Shown here piece by piece: positions 41,427 to 50,746 of a stretch of DNA of 64,000 nt. The DNA comes from an uncultured delta proteobacterium (GTDB lineage Bacteria; Desulfobacterota; Syntrophia; Syntrophales; Fen-1087): the NCBI GenBank assembly GCA_963743175.1, contig CAVUOQ010000004.1, positions 58,646 to 122,645 on the forward strand, written 5' to 3'. A program made the translations under genes and the position numbers. A model generated the notes under the pieces. The model was not told where the DNA came from. It was given only the letters and a program-made list of their open reading frames with translations, and ran no database searches. The stretch's first letter is position 1, and each line of letters opens with the position of its first letter.

Positions 41427-42344
41427 TTAGTCCCAGCAGAACGGTTTCTCCTGCCCGAAATCGGGCGAGAGGTGGCGGTCGTTGACTTCCTGGAGGTAGA
41501 GGTTTTCAAAACCCAGCGCCAGGGCGTGATCGACGACGACCTGATATTCCCGGCGGGCGACCCGCCGCCCCAGGAGGGGGTGATGTTTCACGGCCGGGAT
41601 GGGCGTGTACTGGGACATGATGCTCAGGGAAACCTCCGGGGAAAGATGGGAACGGATCAGATCGAGGGCCGCGATGCTGTTTTCAACAAGGCCCGGCAGG
41701 ACGAGATGGCGGATCAGGAGGCCGCCCGTGGCAATCTCGTCGTCCAGGTGGAGGCCGTCCCCGACCTGGCGGGCCATCTCCTCGAGGGCGGCGACGGCAA
41801 ATGCGACATAATCGCCCACGCCCGACAACAGATGGGCCGTTTCATCGGAACCGTACTTGAAATCGGGCAGATAGATATCCACAGCACCGGCCAGACGCCG
41901 GATGATATCGGGATCTTCGTAGCCGCCGCAATTATAAACGAAGGGAATGGCAAGGCCCTGCTTGCGGGCCAGACGCAGGCCTTCGAGGATAAGGGGAATC
42001 TGGGGCGTCGGCGTGACCACGTTGATGTTGTGGCATCGTTCATCCTGGAGAGCGAGCATCATGCGGGCGAGCCCGGCGGAGGTCATAGTTTTCCCCGCTG
42101 TGCTGTGGCTGATCTGATAGTTCTGGCAGAAGACACACCGCAGATTGCAGGACGAAAAAAAGATGGTCCCCGATCCATAGCGACCCGACAGGGGCGGCTC
42201 TTCGCCGAGATGCGGAAGGGCGCAATCCACGACAAGATGGCCCGGAAGCCCGCAGAATCCCGTTTCCCCTGCCGTTCGATCCGCTCCGCACCGCCTGGGA
42301 CAAAGGACGCAATGTTTCAGGATGTCCAGCATCGGCGCCGACAA
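41427..42344 (-). CDS. Radical SAM protein (PflX-like)
   Basis: CVLCPRRC, GEEPPL, CNLRCVFCQN, DIYLPDFKY, RHLVLPG. Confidence 0.88.
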   Translation of the reverse strand: MSAPMLDILKHCVLCPRRCGADRTAGETGFCGLPGHLVVDCALPHLGEEPPLSGRYGSGTIFFSSCNLRCVFCQNYQISHSTAGKTMTSAGLARMMLALQDERCHNINVVTPTPQIPLILEGLRLARKQGLAIPFVYNCGGYEDPDIIRRLAGAVDIYLPDFKYGSDETAHLLSGVGDYVAFAVAALEEMARQVGDGLHLDDEIATGGLLIRHLVLPGLVENSIAALDLIRSHLSPEVSLSIMSQYTPIPAVKHHPLLGRRVARREYQVVVDHALALGFENLYLQEVNDRHLSPDFGQEKPFCWD

Positions 42345-42352
42345 CCCCCTGT

Positions 42353-44284
42353 TCAGATTTTCGTTCCGACGGCAAAGCCTTCCTCGATGGCCTCTTTGAT
42401 CATGCGGGGCTCAACGCAGTCGCCGATAGAGAAAACTTCGGGAGCCGCCGACCGGAATTTTTCCGGCAGCGACGGGTCGGATTTAAGGCCGACGGCCAAG
42501 ACAACGAAATCGCCTTCGATGAACGCAGGGTCTCCCTTCCGGTTCACCTTCACGCCTTTTTCGGTGATTTCCTCGACGACGGTGTGCGTTTCCATGCGGA
42601 TGCCCATCTGCTTCAACCGTGCCAGAAAGAAGGGCCGGTAGGTCGGCGAGATGGTCGCCGCCATGCGATCCAGCATTTCGACCACCGTGACCGTGGCGAC
42701 GCCTTCGCCCTTTTCTACAAGGAATTCCGCCGTTTCACAGCCCACCAGGCCGCCGCCGATCACAATGACGGACCCGCTGACCGTCTTTTTCCCTGTCAGC
42801 ACGTCCTCGGCCAAAACGCAATGGGCCGCCTCGACACCTGGAATGGACGGGACAAGGGGAGCAGCGCCCACAGCCAGGACAAGCACATCCGGCTTTCCGG
42901 CCGCAACGGTTTGCGGATCAGCCTCGCAATGGAGGCGGATTTCTGCCCCCGCCTTTTTCGCCCGGACGGCGAGGCTCTCGGCCAGCGTTCGGATTTCCTC
43001 CTTGTGGGGAGGCAGACAACCGACCCGCAGCCAGCCGCCCGTCTCCGCCTCTTTCTCGAAGAGCGTGACCTTGTGGCCCCGCGCCGCGGCCGTCCTTGCC
43101 GCCTCCAGGCCTGCGGGGCCGCCGCCGACAATGAAGACCTTCTTCGGTATCGCGGCGGGCTTGAGTCGATACGGGCCTTCCCGGCCCGCCAGGGGATTGA
43201 CGGTGCAGAAGGTGCCGGCACCAACGCCCCAAGTCTTGTAGATGGACAGAATCTCGCCGAGGCACCGCGAACAGGCGATGCAGGGAACGATTTCATCCAC
43301 CCGGCCCGCTTTCGCCTTTGCGGGCAGCTCGGGATCGGCAAGCAGGGCCCGCCCCATGCCGACGAGGTCGGCCTGGCCTGCCGCCAGGATCTTCTCGGCA
43401 ATGAACGGGTCGTTGATGCGGTTGGCGGCGATGACCGGGATGTCCACGGCGCTGCGGATCGCTGCGGCAAGATGGGCAAATGCCCCTTTTGGCAGGGAGG
43501 GGGCGACCGTGGGGATGGTCGACTCGTGCCAGCCGGTGTAACAGTTGATGAGCCGCACGCCGGCTTTTTCGAGGAACCAGGCCACGATTTTCGAATCTTC
43601 GATGGTGTGCCCGCCCGGCATTTGTTCCTCCACATTCAGGCGGACCCCGATCGGAAAGTCGTCGCCGACGGCCTTCTGCATGCTTGCGATGATTTCCATC
43701 AGAATCCGCATCCTGTTTTCCAGGCTGCCGCCGTATTTATCGTCCCGCAGGTTGCCCGTGGGTGACAGAAAACGGTTCAGCAGGTAGCCGCCGCCCACGA
43801 GGATCTCCACGGCGTCGAAGCCGCCCTCGCGCACGCGACGGGCTGCTTTGCCATATTCCGCGACGATGAACCGGATTTCATCGGTTGTAACGACCCGGGG
43901 CACGGTGCGCAGGATCTGGTTCAAAATCGGAGAGGGGCCCACGACTTCGGGCAGATTGTCCCGGAAGATGACATGGTAGGATGTGATGAGCTGGCAGGCG
44001 GATTTTGCCCCGTGGGCGCGGATCGCCGCCGTCAGCCTTTTTGCGCCCGGCAGAAAACGGTCGTCGAACATGCCGGGCTCCACCGGCGCTCCGGCGGGGA
44101 TGGGCGAAAAAGGGATGATGATCAGGCCGGCGCCTCCTTTTGCGCGTTCGGCGAAGAAATCGATGAAGCGGTCTCCCACGGTTTCGTCGGTCTCGCAATA
44201 ACCGGTGGTCATCGGAAGCATCACAATGCGGTTGGGAAGTTCCATGTTTCCGATTTTCAGCGGGGTGAACAGGTGCTTGAACAT
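42353..44284 (-). CDS. NADH:flavin oxidoreductase (OYE-like) with FAD/Fe-S domains
   Basis: LPNRIVMLPM, GFDAVEI, YGGSLENR, CIACSRC, GGGPAG. Confidence 0.92.
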   Translation of the reverse strand: MFKHLFTPLKIGNMELPNRIVMLPMTTGYCETDETVGDRFIDFFAERAKGGAGLIIIPFSPIPAGAPVEPGMFDDRFLPGAKRLTAAIRAHGAKSACQLITSYHVIFRDNLPEVVGPSPILNQILRTVPRVVTTDEIRFIVAEYGKAARRVREGGFDAVEILVGGGYLLNRFLSPTGNLRDDKYGGSLENRMRILMEIIASMQKAVGDDFPIGVRLNVEEQMPGGHTIEDSKIVAWFLEKAGVRLINCYTGWHESTIPTVAPSLPKGAFAHLAAAIRSAVDIPVIAANRINDPFIAEKILAAGQADLVGMGRALLADPELPAKAKAGRVDEIVPCIACSRCLGEILSIYKTWGVGAGTFCTVNPLAGREGPYRLKPAAIPKKVFIVGGGPAGLEAARTAAARGHKVTLFEKEAETGGWLRVGCLPPHKEEIRTLAESLAVRAKKAGAEIRLHCEADPQTVAAGKPDVLVLAVGAAPLVPSIPGVEAAHCVLAEDVLTGKKTVSGSVIVIGGGLVGCETAEFLVEKGEGVATVTVVEMLDRMAATISPTYRPFFLARLKQMGIRMETHTVVEEITEKGVKVNRKGDPAFIEGDFVVLAVGLKSDPSLPEKFRSAAPEVFSIGDCVEPRMIKEAIEEGFAVGTKI

Positions 44285-44300
44285 AACATCTCCTCCCGAT

Positions 44301-44858
44301 CTATTTTTTTAATTTTGTTCCGACGCTCCACGCCTTGCCGATGTCATCGCCGACACTCCAGTAATGATTGTCGGGCATGGTCAGCGTAAAGGGATTGATC
44401 TTTTTTATGTCCGGCTTGCCGTCGGTCATGCAGGCCTCATCACAGTAGGCTTCCACGATCTCTCCGATAAAAAGCGTGTTGACCGGCAATTTTACGGTCT
44501 CATGAAGCCTGCATGCCATCGAGACCGGACACTCGCCGATCAGCGGAGCCCCCGGCAAAGAGCCATAGAACACGTCGAATATGGATGATTTATCCACCTT
44601 CCTGCCGGAAAACAGCCCGCAGTAATCCGTTTTCTCCATCAGGGAAAGGTCGGGGATATTGATGCTGAAGGCCTTTTTTTCCACGATTCCCTGATTGGTC
44701 AGGTGCGGGCCGAGGGAAATGGCAATCATCGGCGGCTGATAATTCACGCGACTGACCCAACCCACGGTCATAAAGTTCGGTTTTTCGTTCACGATGCTGC
44801 CGGCCAGAACCACCGGCATGGGATACAAGAAGGCATTGTTGTCGATTCTGTTTTTCAT
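44301..44858 (-). CDS. Flavin reductase-like (flavoredoxin) protein
   Basis: YPMPVVL, NFMTVGW, DYCGLFSGRKVDK, FIGEI. Confidence 0.9.
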   Translation of the reverse strand: MKNRIDNNAFLYPMPVVLAGSIVNEKPNFMTVGWVSRVNYQPPMIAISLGPHLTNQGIVEKKAFSINIPDLSLMEKTDYCGLFSGRKVDKSSIFDVFYGSLPGAPLIGECPVSMACRLHETVKLPVNTLFIGEIVEAYCDEACMTDGKPDIKKINPFTLTMPDNHYWSVGDDIGKAWSVGTKLKK

Positions 44859-44915
44859 CAGCAGCTCCTTTCTGAGCCCATAGACCTATCTCCTCTGTCC
44901 GCTTGGGGAAATTAG

Positions 44916-45218
44916 TTATGCCGCCCTTACCCTGATGCGGGGTTCCACGCTTGGCCAGATGGTCCGGCGTGCGATCCGCATGTCGTAATCGACCTGCAGA
45001 TTCAGCCAGATTTCAGGCGATACACCGAAATACTTGCCGAGGCGAAGGGCTGTATCTGCGGTAATGGTACGTTTTCCATTGACGATCTCGCTGATCCGTC
45101 CCGGCGGCACATCGATGTCGCGGGCCAGTTGATTGGCGCTTAAGCCAAAGGGCTTCATAAATTCTTCACAAAGAATTTCTCCCGGCGGAATAGGATCCAA
45201 TAATTTTGATTCTTTCAT
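44916..45218 (-). CDS. higA: HigA family antitoxin
   Basis: PPGEIL.EEF, RISEIVNGKRTITADTALRL, WLNLQ. Confidence 0.92.
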   Translation of the reverse strand: MKESKLLDPIPPGEILCEEFMKPFGLSANQLARDIDVPPGRISEIVNGKRTITADTALRLGKYFGVSPEIWLNLQVDYDMRIARRTIWPSVEPRIRVRAA

Positions 45219-45229
45219 CTCATTCGCTC

Positions 45230-45508
45230 CTAATGATAATCTGCGTTTTCAACATCATATGCATCGCCATTCTTCCATTTAAAACAAACCCGCCACTGAT
45301 CGTTAATACGAATGCTGTATTGCCCCTGCCGGTCACCTTTCAGCGCTTCCAGTTGATTGCCGGGTGGTTGCCTCAGGTCCTGAAGATTTCGGGCACGGTG
45401 CAAATATAAGAGTTTTCTTCTCGCCTGCCGTTCAATAGCCTGAAAACGAAGCACCGGTCTATCGTCGAAAAGCGCGTCCGTATCTTTGCAGTGACAAGTC
45501 TTGATCAT
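45230..45508 (-). CDS. higB: HigB (RelE/ParE-like) toxin
   Basis: DLRQPPGNQLEALKGDRQGQYSIRINDQWRVCF. Confidence 0.93.
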   Translation of the reverse strand: MIKTCHCKDTDALFDDRPVLRFQAIERQARRKLLYLHRARNLQDLRQPPGNQLEALKGDRQGQYSIRINDQWRVCFKWKNGDAYDVENADYH

Positions 45509-45516
45509 GATGTCAT

Positions 45517-45539
45517 CATATTACGCATTGCGTAATATG
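45517..45539. promoter_or_regulatory. Palindromic operator upstream of higBA
   Basis: Perfect 11-bp inverted repeat CATATTACGCA-T-TGCGTAATATG just upstream of the higB start. Confidence 0.7.
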
Positions 45540-45834
45540 TAAAGCATATTTTCCACAATTTATCCCATTCAGATGCTTGGTAGATCCGAATCATGAGGTG
45601 ATGTCTTTGTCTCTCTATGACGGATTTCTTTACGTTTTAATAGCATTTATCACGGTGAGGTGTCGTTGACTATTTATTGAAGTCGAGATTTTCGGGAAAA
45701 GCGATTTTGTAGCAGATTTCAACCGGAACTATTCAGGCGGGATAGCAGAAATAATCAAGGCTGCCGGTTATTGGCGATCTACAAACAAAGCATTGACAAC
45801 ATCTAAAACGATTGATGATTAACGATCGAAACGT

Positions 45835-48246
45835 TCACTGCAATTTATAAATCGGGCTGTCTTTCCCGAAGTTAATGATCAGCGGCGTTTGTTCATGCCC
45901 GATCTGTTTGGAGATGTTCGTCGTCATCTTCTTGGAATATTCACCCAGCCCCACAATCGTAACCTTGCCGTCTTTGTTCCTGTCGGCCTGCCTGTTGTTG
46001 TTCAGTCCATCCAGCAGAGTGTAAGTGAAAAGCCCGTTGCCCTTGTATCCGTCCATCGCCGCCTGCTTGTCGCTTGCCGATGCGTAGATATGTAAACCCA
46101 TCTTCTTGGCCAGCACTGACATCCTTGCATCATAAAGACCGCTGATGATGGTGTCCACACCCCCGGCATGGCAGGTGTCGAAGATGAACAACTGGCTCAA
46201 GGATTTGATCTTCTTGGACATCTCCACAATCTCGTTGGAACTGATCACGCTGTTTTCACTTACGTTGCCATTATAGTCATGGGTGAGCAGATAGTACTGA
46301 TTCTGCAAAAGCACCCCGTGGCCTGCGACAAAGAGGATAAAACTGTCTTGAGGTTTGACCTTCCGGGTCAGTTCATTGATTTTGCTTGTGATGTTTGCCT
46401 TGGTGGATTCCCTGTCCGTCAGAAGCTCATAGTGGATGTTCCGGGGGTTGTATAGCGTGGCGGCCTGGACCTTTATCTTCTCTTCTATGTCCCGGGCATC
46501 CTTTACCGCATAGTTCAGATTGACATTGCTATCCTTATGCTGATCGATACCGATGGCCAGGATATAAAGATGAGAGTCTTCGGCTTTAAGCTTTGAGCTG
46601 AAGCTGGTGGTCTTCATATAGCTCTGGACGGTGTTGCTGCTGTTAAAGGCGGCCACACTGACCTCGTTCTCTCCGGGGATGGCTTCCACTTCCCTGCAGT
46701 CTTCAAAGACCTCTCCTTTGGATTTGCTGACTATAGGAGTCGTGTCAACTTTACCCTTGATCAACACACTGCGCATATCCTCATAAATGGCATTGCTATT
46801 TAAGGATGCGAGTTGCGTTTTGTCGGAACCTGACCTTGACATTTCTTTATAATATCCGTCTGACTGAATGAGCTTGCCGTTGTGGAAGAGACGAACCTCA
46901 CCGATGCCGCCACCGGTGCTCTTGGCTTGATAACAGACTTTAACTTTATGCTGGTCGGTGTCTCTTATCTTTGAAGTAAATTCAACCACAGGAGGTGGAC
47001 TTTTTATGGCATCCTGCATGGTAATTGTCACTAAGCCACTTATATCTTCGCCGCGAAGCTTTGCAGCAACAATGTCAGGACGGTAGAAGACGTCGTAAAA
47101 CTGATCAACAGAGTATTCATTATCAGCCACTTTAATACTCAGGTATTGTTCAGCACCCCTTGCAGATGCGTTGTAATAACCTTCCTGTGTAATGACAATC
47201 CATTCTCCATCCTTAAACGCAATCATTGAAGCAACTTCTTCCCCGGTAGAGACATCCCATATTCGTGTAGATGCATCTCCTGCAGATATGACATATTTGC
47301 TATTGGGGAAAAATTTTGCAGCCGAGTAGCTCTTTATACTCGAATGCCCCGTAAGGGTTTTATATTCAGTGCCAGATGCTATATTCCATATCTTTATGTC
47401 ATCTTTCCACGTCGCCGATACGGCATATTTCCCATCCGGAGAAAAAGCTACGGACCAAATTTGGGCAGTGCCTTTGTGACCGACAAATCTCTTTATCTCA
47501 GTTAAACTTTTGGCATCCCAAAATATTAGCTCATGGTTACCTCCACCCGACAAGGCATATCCCCCATTCGCAGAGAAGGAAACAGCGTGTACCATAGGAT
47601 CATCGATAATATATTCTTCTGTTTTTATAGGCTTCCCGCTTGATACATCCCATAGATCTATTCTGCCACCATATCTATAAGCACCGCCTGACAAGGCATA
47701 TTTTCCATCTGGAGAATATGCAACAGACCAAATTACTCCAACTGGATCAAAATCTTTTACTTCTTGTCCTGTTGCTACATCATAGATTTGCATATTAGAA
47801 GGAATTTTAGAACCAGCCGGAGGACCTCCGCTTAAAAGATATTTTCCGTCAGGAGAAAAAGCTAGCGAGCTCGTTCTAATATTGCCATCAAATGTAATTA
47901 TTTCTTGCATGTTGGATAGATCCCAGAGTTTTATTCCTTTGCTGCCGGAAGCGATATATTTTCCATCAGGCGAAAAAGCAACCGCAGTTGTGTCATTCAC
48001 GTAAGCTCTGGGATGATCAAATGTTTGTATTTTCTTGCCTTGAAGAATATCCCAGAGGATAAAATAATCAAGGCTTCCAGATAAGGCATATCTTCCATCC
48101 GGAGAAATATCGACCCTAGCTACAAGAGGAGCTTCGTGCTTAATTTCTCTGGATATATCACCATATCTAGTAAGAACGGGTGTTGCGGCGCAGGAACAAA
48201 GGAGAATGGCAAGACATAATGTCGAGATTGTTCTATAGGGAAACAT
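45835..48246 (-). CDS. Lipoprotein with WD40 repeats and C-terminal caspase-like (peptidase C14) domain
   Basis: Lipobox LLCSC; repeated VAFSPDGKY..SG..LWD; catalytic AGHG and DTCHAG. Confidence 0.88.
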   Translation of the reverse strand: MFPYRTISTLCLAILLCSCAATPVLTRYGDISREIKHEAPLVARVDISPDGRYALSGSLDYFILWDILQGKKIQTFDHPRAYVNDTTAVAFSPDGKYIASGSKGIKLWDLSNMQEIITFDGNIRTSSLAFSPDGKYLLSGGPPAGSKIPSNMQIYDVATGQEVKDFDPVGVIWSVAYSPDGKYALSGGAYRYGGRIDLWDVSSGKPIKTEEYIIDDPMVHAVSFSANGGYALSGGGNHELIFWDAKSLTEIKRFVGHKGTAQIWSVAFSPDGKYAVSATWKDDIKIWNIASGTEYKTLTGHSSIKSYSAAKFFPNSKYVISAGDASTRIWDVSTGEEVASMIAFKDGEWIVITQEGYYNASARGAEQYLSIKVADNEYSVDQFYDVFYRPDIVAAKLRGEDISGLVTITMQDAIKSPPPVVEFTSKIRDTDQHKVKVCYQAKSTGGGIGEVRLFHNGKLIQSDGYYKEMSRSGSDKTQLASLNSNAIYEDMRSVLIKGKVDTTPIVSKSKGEVFEDCREVEAIPGENEVSVAAFNSSNTVQSYMKTTSFSSKLKAEDSHLYILAIGIDQHKDSNVNLNYAVKDARDIEEKIKVQAATLYNPRNIHYELLTDRESTKANITSKINELTRKVKPQDSFILFVAGHGVLLQNQYYLLTHDYNGNVSENSVISSNEIVEMSKKIKSLSQLFIFDTCHAGGVDTIISGLYDARMSVLAKKMGLHIYASASDKQAAMDGYKGNGLFTYTLLDGLNNNRQADRNKDGKVTIVGLGEYSKKMTTNISKQIGHEQTPLIINFGKDSPIYKLQ

Positions 48247-48655
48247 GCTTTAAATGAAACCCCACATTATATTGAATTGATATTGGTAAGAATTTGCTTT
48301 TACGAGGAAGGAATATAGGGAAAACGATTTTGTATGTCAATGAAAAGCTGTGTGATTGATAGGGCATTGCCTATGATGCTCGGAGTATAGGGATGCTGTT
48401 CTTTCATGTTAAGAGCTATTCCCCAGTGATATTCTCCAGTGTGGTCACGAATAATCGTTTGAAACAAAGTATAACTATTAAAATTATTCAACGCATAACT
48501 TCAGGAAGACACAAATGAAACTGAGGGCAAGAAATATTGGCTGTCGGTGTATCTGCATTTCAATCCGTATTCAATCGTTTGTCCAGATCAACCCGCCTCT
48601 TGCTTTGTATTTGAACATCTTCAAAAAGATCCCAAAGTGTCTAGCATCCCATATA

Positions 48656-49144
48656 TTAGGGGCAACGCCAGAAGGCATCCATTTCCGAGCTCATTGACTG
48701 CCAATGGGTGCCTTGCCAGTAGAGGCGGTGGCAGACGGGACATTCGGCAAAATGATCCTGAGTGAGATACACGTAGGCTGGAACACGGTCCTTGACCGCT
48801 TCCTTAGCGCATTCCTCAAGCCGCCTGTTGCATTCCAAACAGGTGGTAAAGGGATGGAATCTGCTTTTATCCAATTTCAGGGTGCTGAGGATCTGCTGCA
48901 CTTGCGTCTTGATGTGGTCACTCTCGATGAGGATAGCTTTAATACGGCCGCTGACGATTACACGGCGCTTCATAATCCGCCGATCACGGGTCAGCAGAAT
49001 GCGGTTTTCGACCAAGGCAGCGGCGATTATCGCGTTATCGTCGGCACCCATAAAGAGGCTGGCATCAAAGCCTGCCATGCGCAGCCACTTTGCTATTTTT
49101 CCTACATTATGGTCAACAATAAATTTAAACTCGGCATCAATCAT
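48656..49144 (-). CDS. Mut7-C RNase domain protein (PIN-like plus zinc ribbon)
   Basis: FIVDHNVGKIAKWLRMAGFD, RILLTRD, CLECN, CPVCHRLYWQGTH. Confidence 0.88.
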   Translation of the reverse strand: MIDAEFKFIVDHNVGKIAKWLRMAGFDASLFMGADDNAIIAAALVENRILLTRDRRIMKRRVIVSGRIKAILIESDHIKTQVQQILSTLKLDKSRFHPFTTCLECNRRLEECAKEAVKDRVPAYVYLTQDHFAECPVCHRLYWQGTHWQSMSSEMDAFWRCP

Positions 49145-49302
49145 CTTAGTGGTAGCGGCGGAATCTGCACCTTTTAAACCCTATTCAACGATCTGGTCCG
49201 ATCAATCAGAATGCACATTGTATTTGTTGTCAGTAAGGCTGATCTTGATGAAACTATTGCTTTTCTAAGCCCTTAAATCTCTTCTCTGTCCGCTTGTGGA
49301 AG

Positions 49303-49443
49303 TTATGCCGCCCTTACCCTGATGCGGGGTTCCACGCTTGGCCAGATGGTCCGGCGTGCGATCCGCATGTCGTAATCAACCTGCAGATTCAGCCAGATCT
49401 CAGGGGATACACCGAAATACTTGCCGAAGCGAAAGGCGGCGTC
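49303..49443 (-). pseudogene. Duplicated 3' half of higA
   Basis: DAAFRFGKYFGVSPEIWLNLQVDYDMRIARRTIWPSVEPRIRVRAA*, nearly identical to 44916..45056. Confidence 0.9.
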
Positions 49444-49476
49444 AAGTGTGGTTTGATCCCGCGCAGGCGGGCGGCA

Positions 49477-49962
49477 TCACGCCTCGCTGACCAAAACGCG
49501 TTCCATGCGGTCGCCCGGACAGATGGCGTCCACGACGTCCTGACCCGCCACAACCTTTCCGAAGACCGTGTGCTTGCCGTTGAGATGCGGCTGCGGCGAG
49601 TGGGTGATGAAAAACTGGCTTCCGTTCGTGCCCGGTCCGGCGTTTGCCATTGAAATCACCTTTGCCTCATGGATCAATGGGTTGCCCCTCAACTCGTCCT
49701 CGAACTGGTATCCGGGGCCGCCCCGGCCTGTTCCGGTCGGATCGCCACCCTGAATGACAAAATCGCCGATCACGCGGTGAAACGTCACGCCGTCGTAGAA
49801 ACCCTCCCGCGCGAGAAAGACAAAGTTGTTGACGGTTTTGGGGGCATGCTGCGGGTAGAACTCCAGTTCAATGTTGCCCCGGTTGGTTTCCATCGTGACG
49901 CGATAAAGCTTCTTTGGATCGATCTGCATTTCGGGTGGACAATCCCACTGTTTTGCTGCCAT
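49477..49962 (-). CDS. Cyclophilin-type peptidyl-prolyl isomerase
   Basis: [44 protein letters not shown]. Confidence 0.95.
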   Translation of the reverse strand: MAAKQWDCPPEMQIDPKKLYRVTMETNRGNIELEFYPQHAPKTVNNFVFLAREGFYDGVTFHRVIGDFVIQGGDPTGTGRGGPGYQFEDELRGNPLIHEAKVISMANAGPGTNGSQFFITHSPQPHLNGKHTVFGKVVAGQDVVDAICPGDRMERVLVSEA

Positions 49963-50014
49963 ATTGATTCCTCCTGTGTTTGATTGTGATTGACGGCCTG
50001 TTTATGGGTATTGT

Positions 50015-50536
50015 TCAGAGCGACCCGTCGAGTCCATCCGCCAGCGGTGTTTTGCAGGACCGGCACTGCTGCGCGCCCCGGAAAACCGCTTTGCCGCAGG
50101 ACGGGCAATGATAGCGCTCACATTCCGACCGCGCCCATTCGACGCTGCCCGCCTCATCGCCGTGCTCGGCGACCTTGGCCCGCCAGACGGGAATCGCCCT
50201 TTTCATGACCTGAATACCCGTGGCAAAACCAAAATTATTGATGCGGTCACACGGCCATTCGCTGCACTGATGGCAGGAGTAGAATCCTTTGGACAGAACG
50301 CAGTCCCGGATATGGCATATCTTGCAATAGCCGTACATTTTTTTCGGCGGATCGGCCTGCATGCACCCGCAACATTCCGTATCCTCCGGCCTTGTCCCGT
50401 ACAGTTTTCCCAGTATGGCCTTGAACTTGTCGTTGCCGTCCCGCGTCGCGATATAAACGCCACAGGCGCCGCAGTACAGACCGCAGGGGGCCATCAGATC
50501 CTTGTTGCTGACTTCCTGTTCGCTCCATCCTTCCAT
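50015..50536 (-). CDS. DUF3795-type Cys-rich protein
   Basis: APCGLYCGAC, CCGC, CHIRDC..CHQC, C-terminal CPSC..CRSC. Confidence 0.8.
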   Translation of the reverse strand: MEGWSEQEVSNKDLMAPCGLYCGACGVYIATRDGNDKFKAILGKLYGTRPEDTECCGCMQADPPKKMYGYCKICHIRDCVLSKGFYSCHQCSEWPCDRINNFGFATGIQVMKRAIPVWRAKVAEHGDEAGSVEWARSECERYHCPSCGKAVFRGAQQCRSCKTPLADGLDGSL

Positions 50537-50580
50537 ATCAATACCTCCTGAAAATATTAGAATTGCATTGAAACCCCCGA

Positions 50581-50626
50581 GACCTTCGAAAAATGGCTTC
50601 GCCGCCTGCGTACCATTTTTCAGCGG
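50581..50626. repeat. Internally deleted family B element
   Basis: GACCTTCGAAAAATGGCTTCGCCGC joined to CTGCGTACCATTTTTCAGCGG. Confidence 0.6.
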
Positions 50627-50646
50627 GAATTCATAGCTCTTAACCC

Positions 50647-50712
50647 TGACGAACTTAAAAAAAGTCCAGATGCATTGTTGCGCTGCATCCGGACTTTTTT
50701 ACGAAGTTGTCA
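50647..50712. repeat. Mini family A element
   Basis: TGACGAACTTAAAAAAAGTCC...GGACTTTTTTACGAAGTTGTCA with the GTTGCGCTGCATCC core also present (inverted) at 6626..6640. Confidence 0.7.
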
Positions 50713-50746
50713 ATTTTAGTGGCCCCTCCGGCAACGCTTTCGGCGC

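Noticed and set aside
41427-42344. Arsenosugar radical SAM ArsS
   Set aside because: Motifs (GEEPP, DIYLPDFKY, RHLVLPG) are those of the PflX-like family
47200-48150. CRISPR-like or tandem DNA repeats
   Set aside because: The periodicity is WD40 coding repeats within one ORF; no repeat-spacer array or cas genes in the window
48300-48650. Small ORFs in the AT-rich stretch between the WD40-caspase and Mut7-C genes
   Set aside because: Short, no RBS or motifs; cannot be supported beyond being possible remnant DNA
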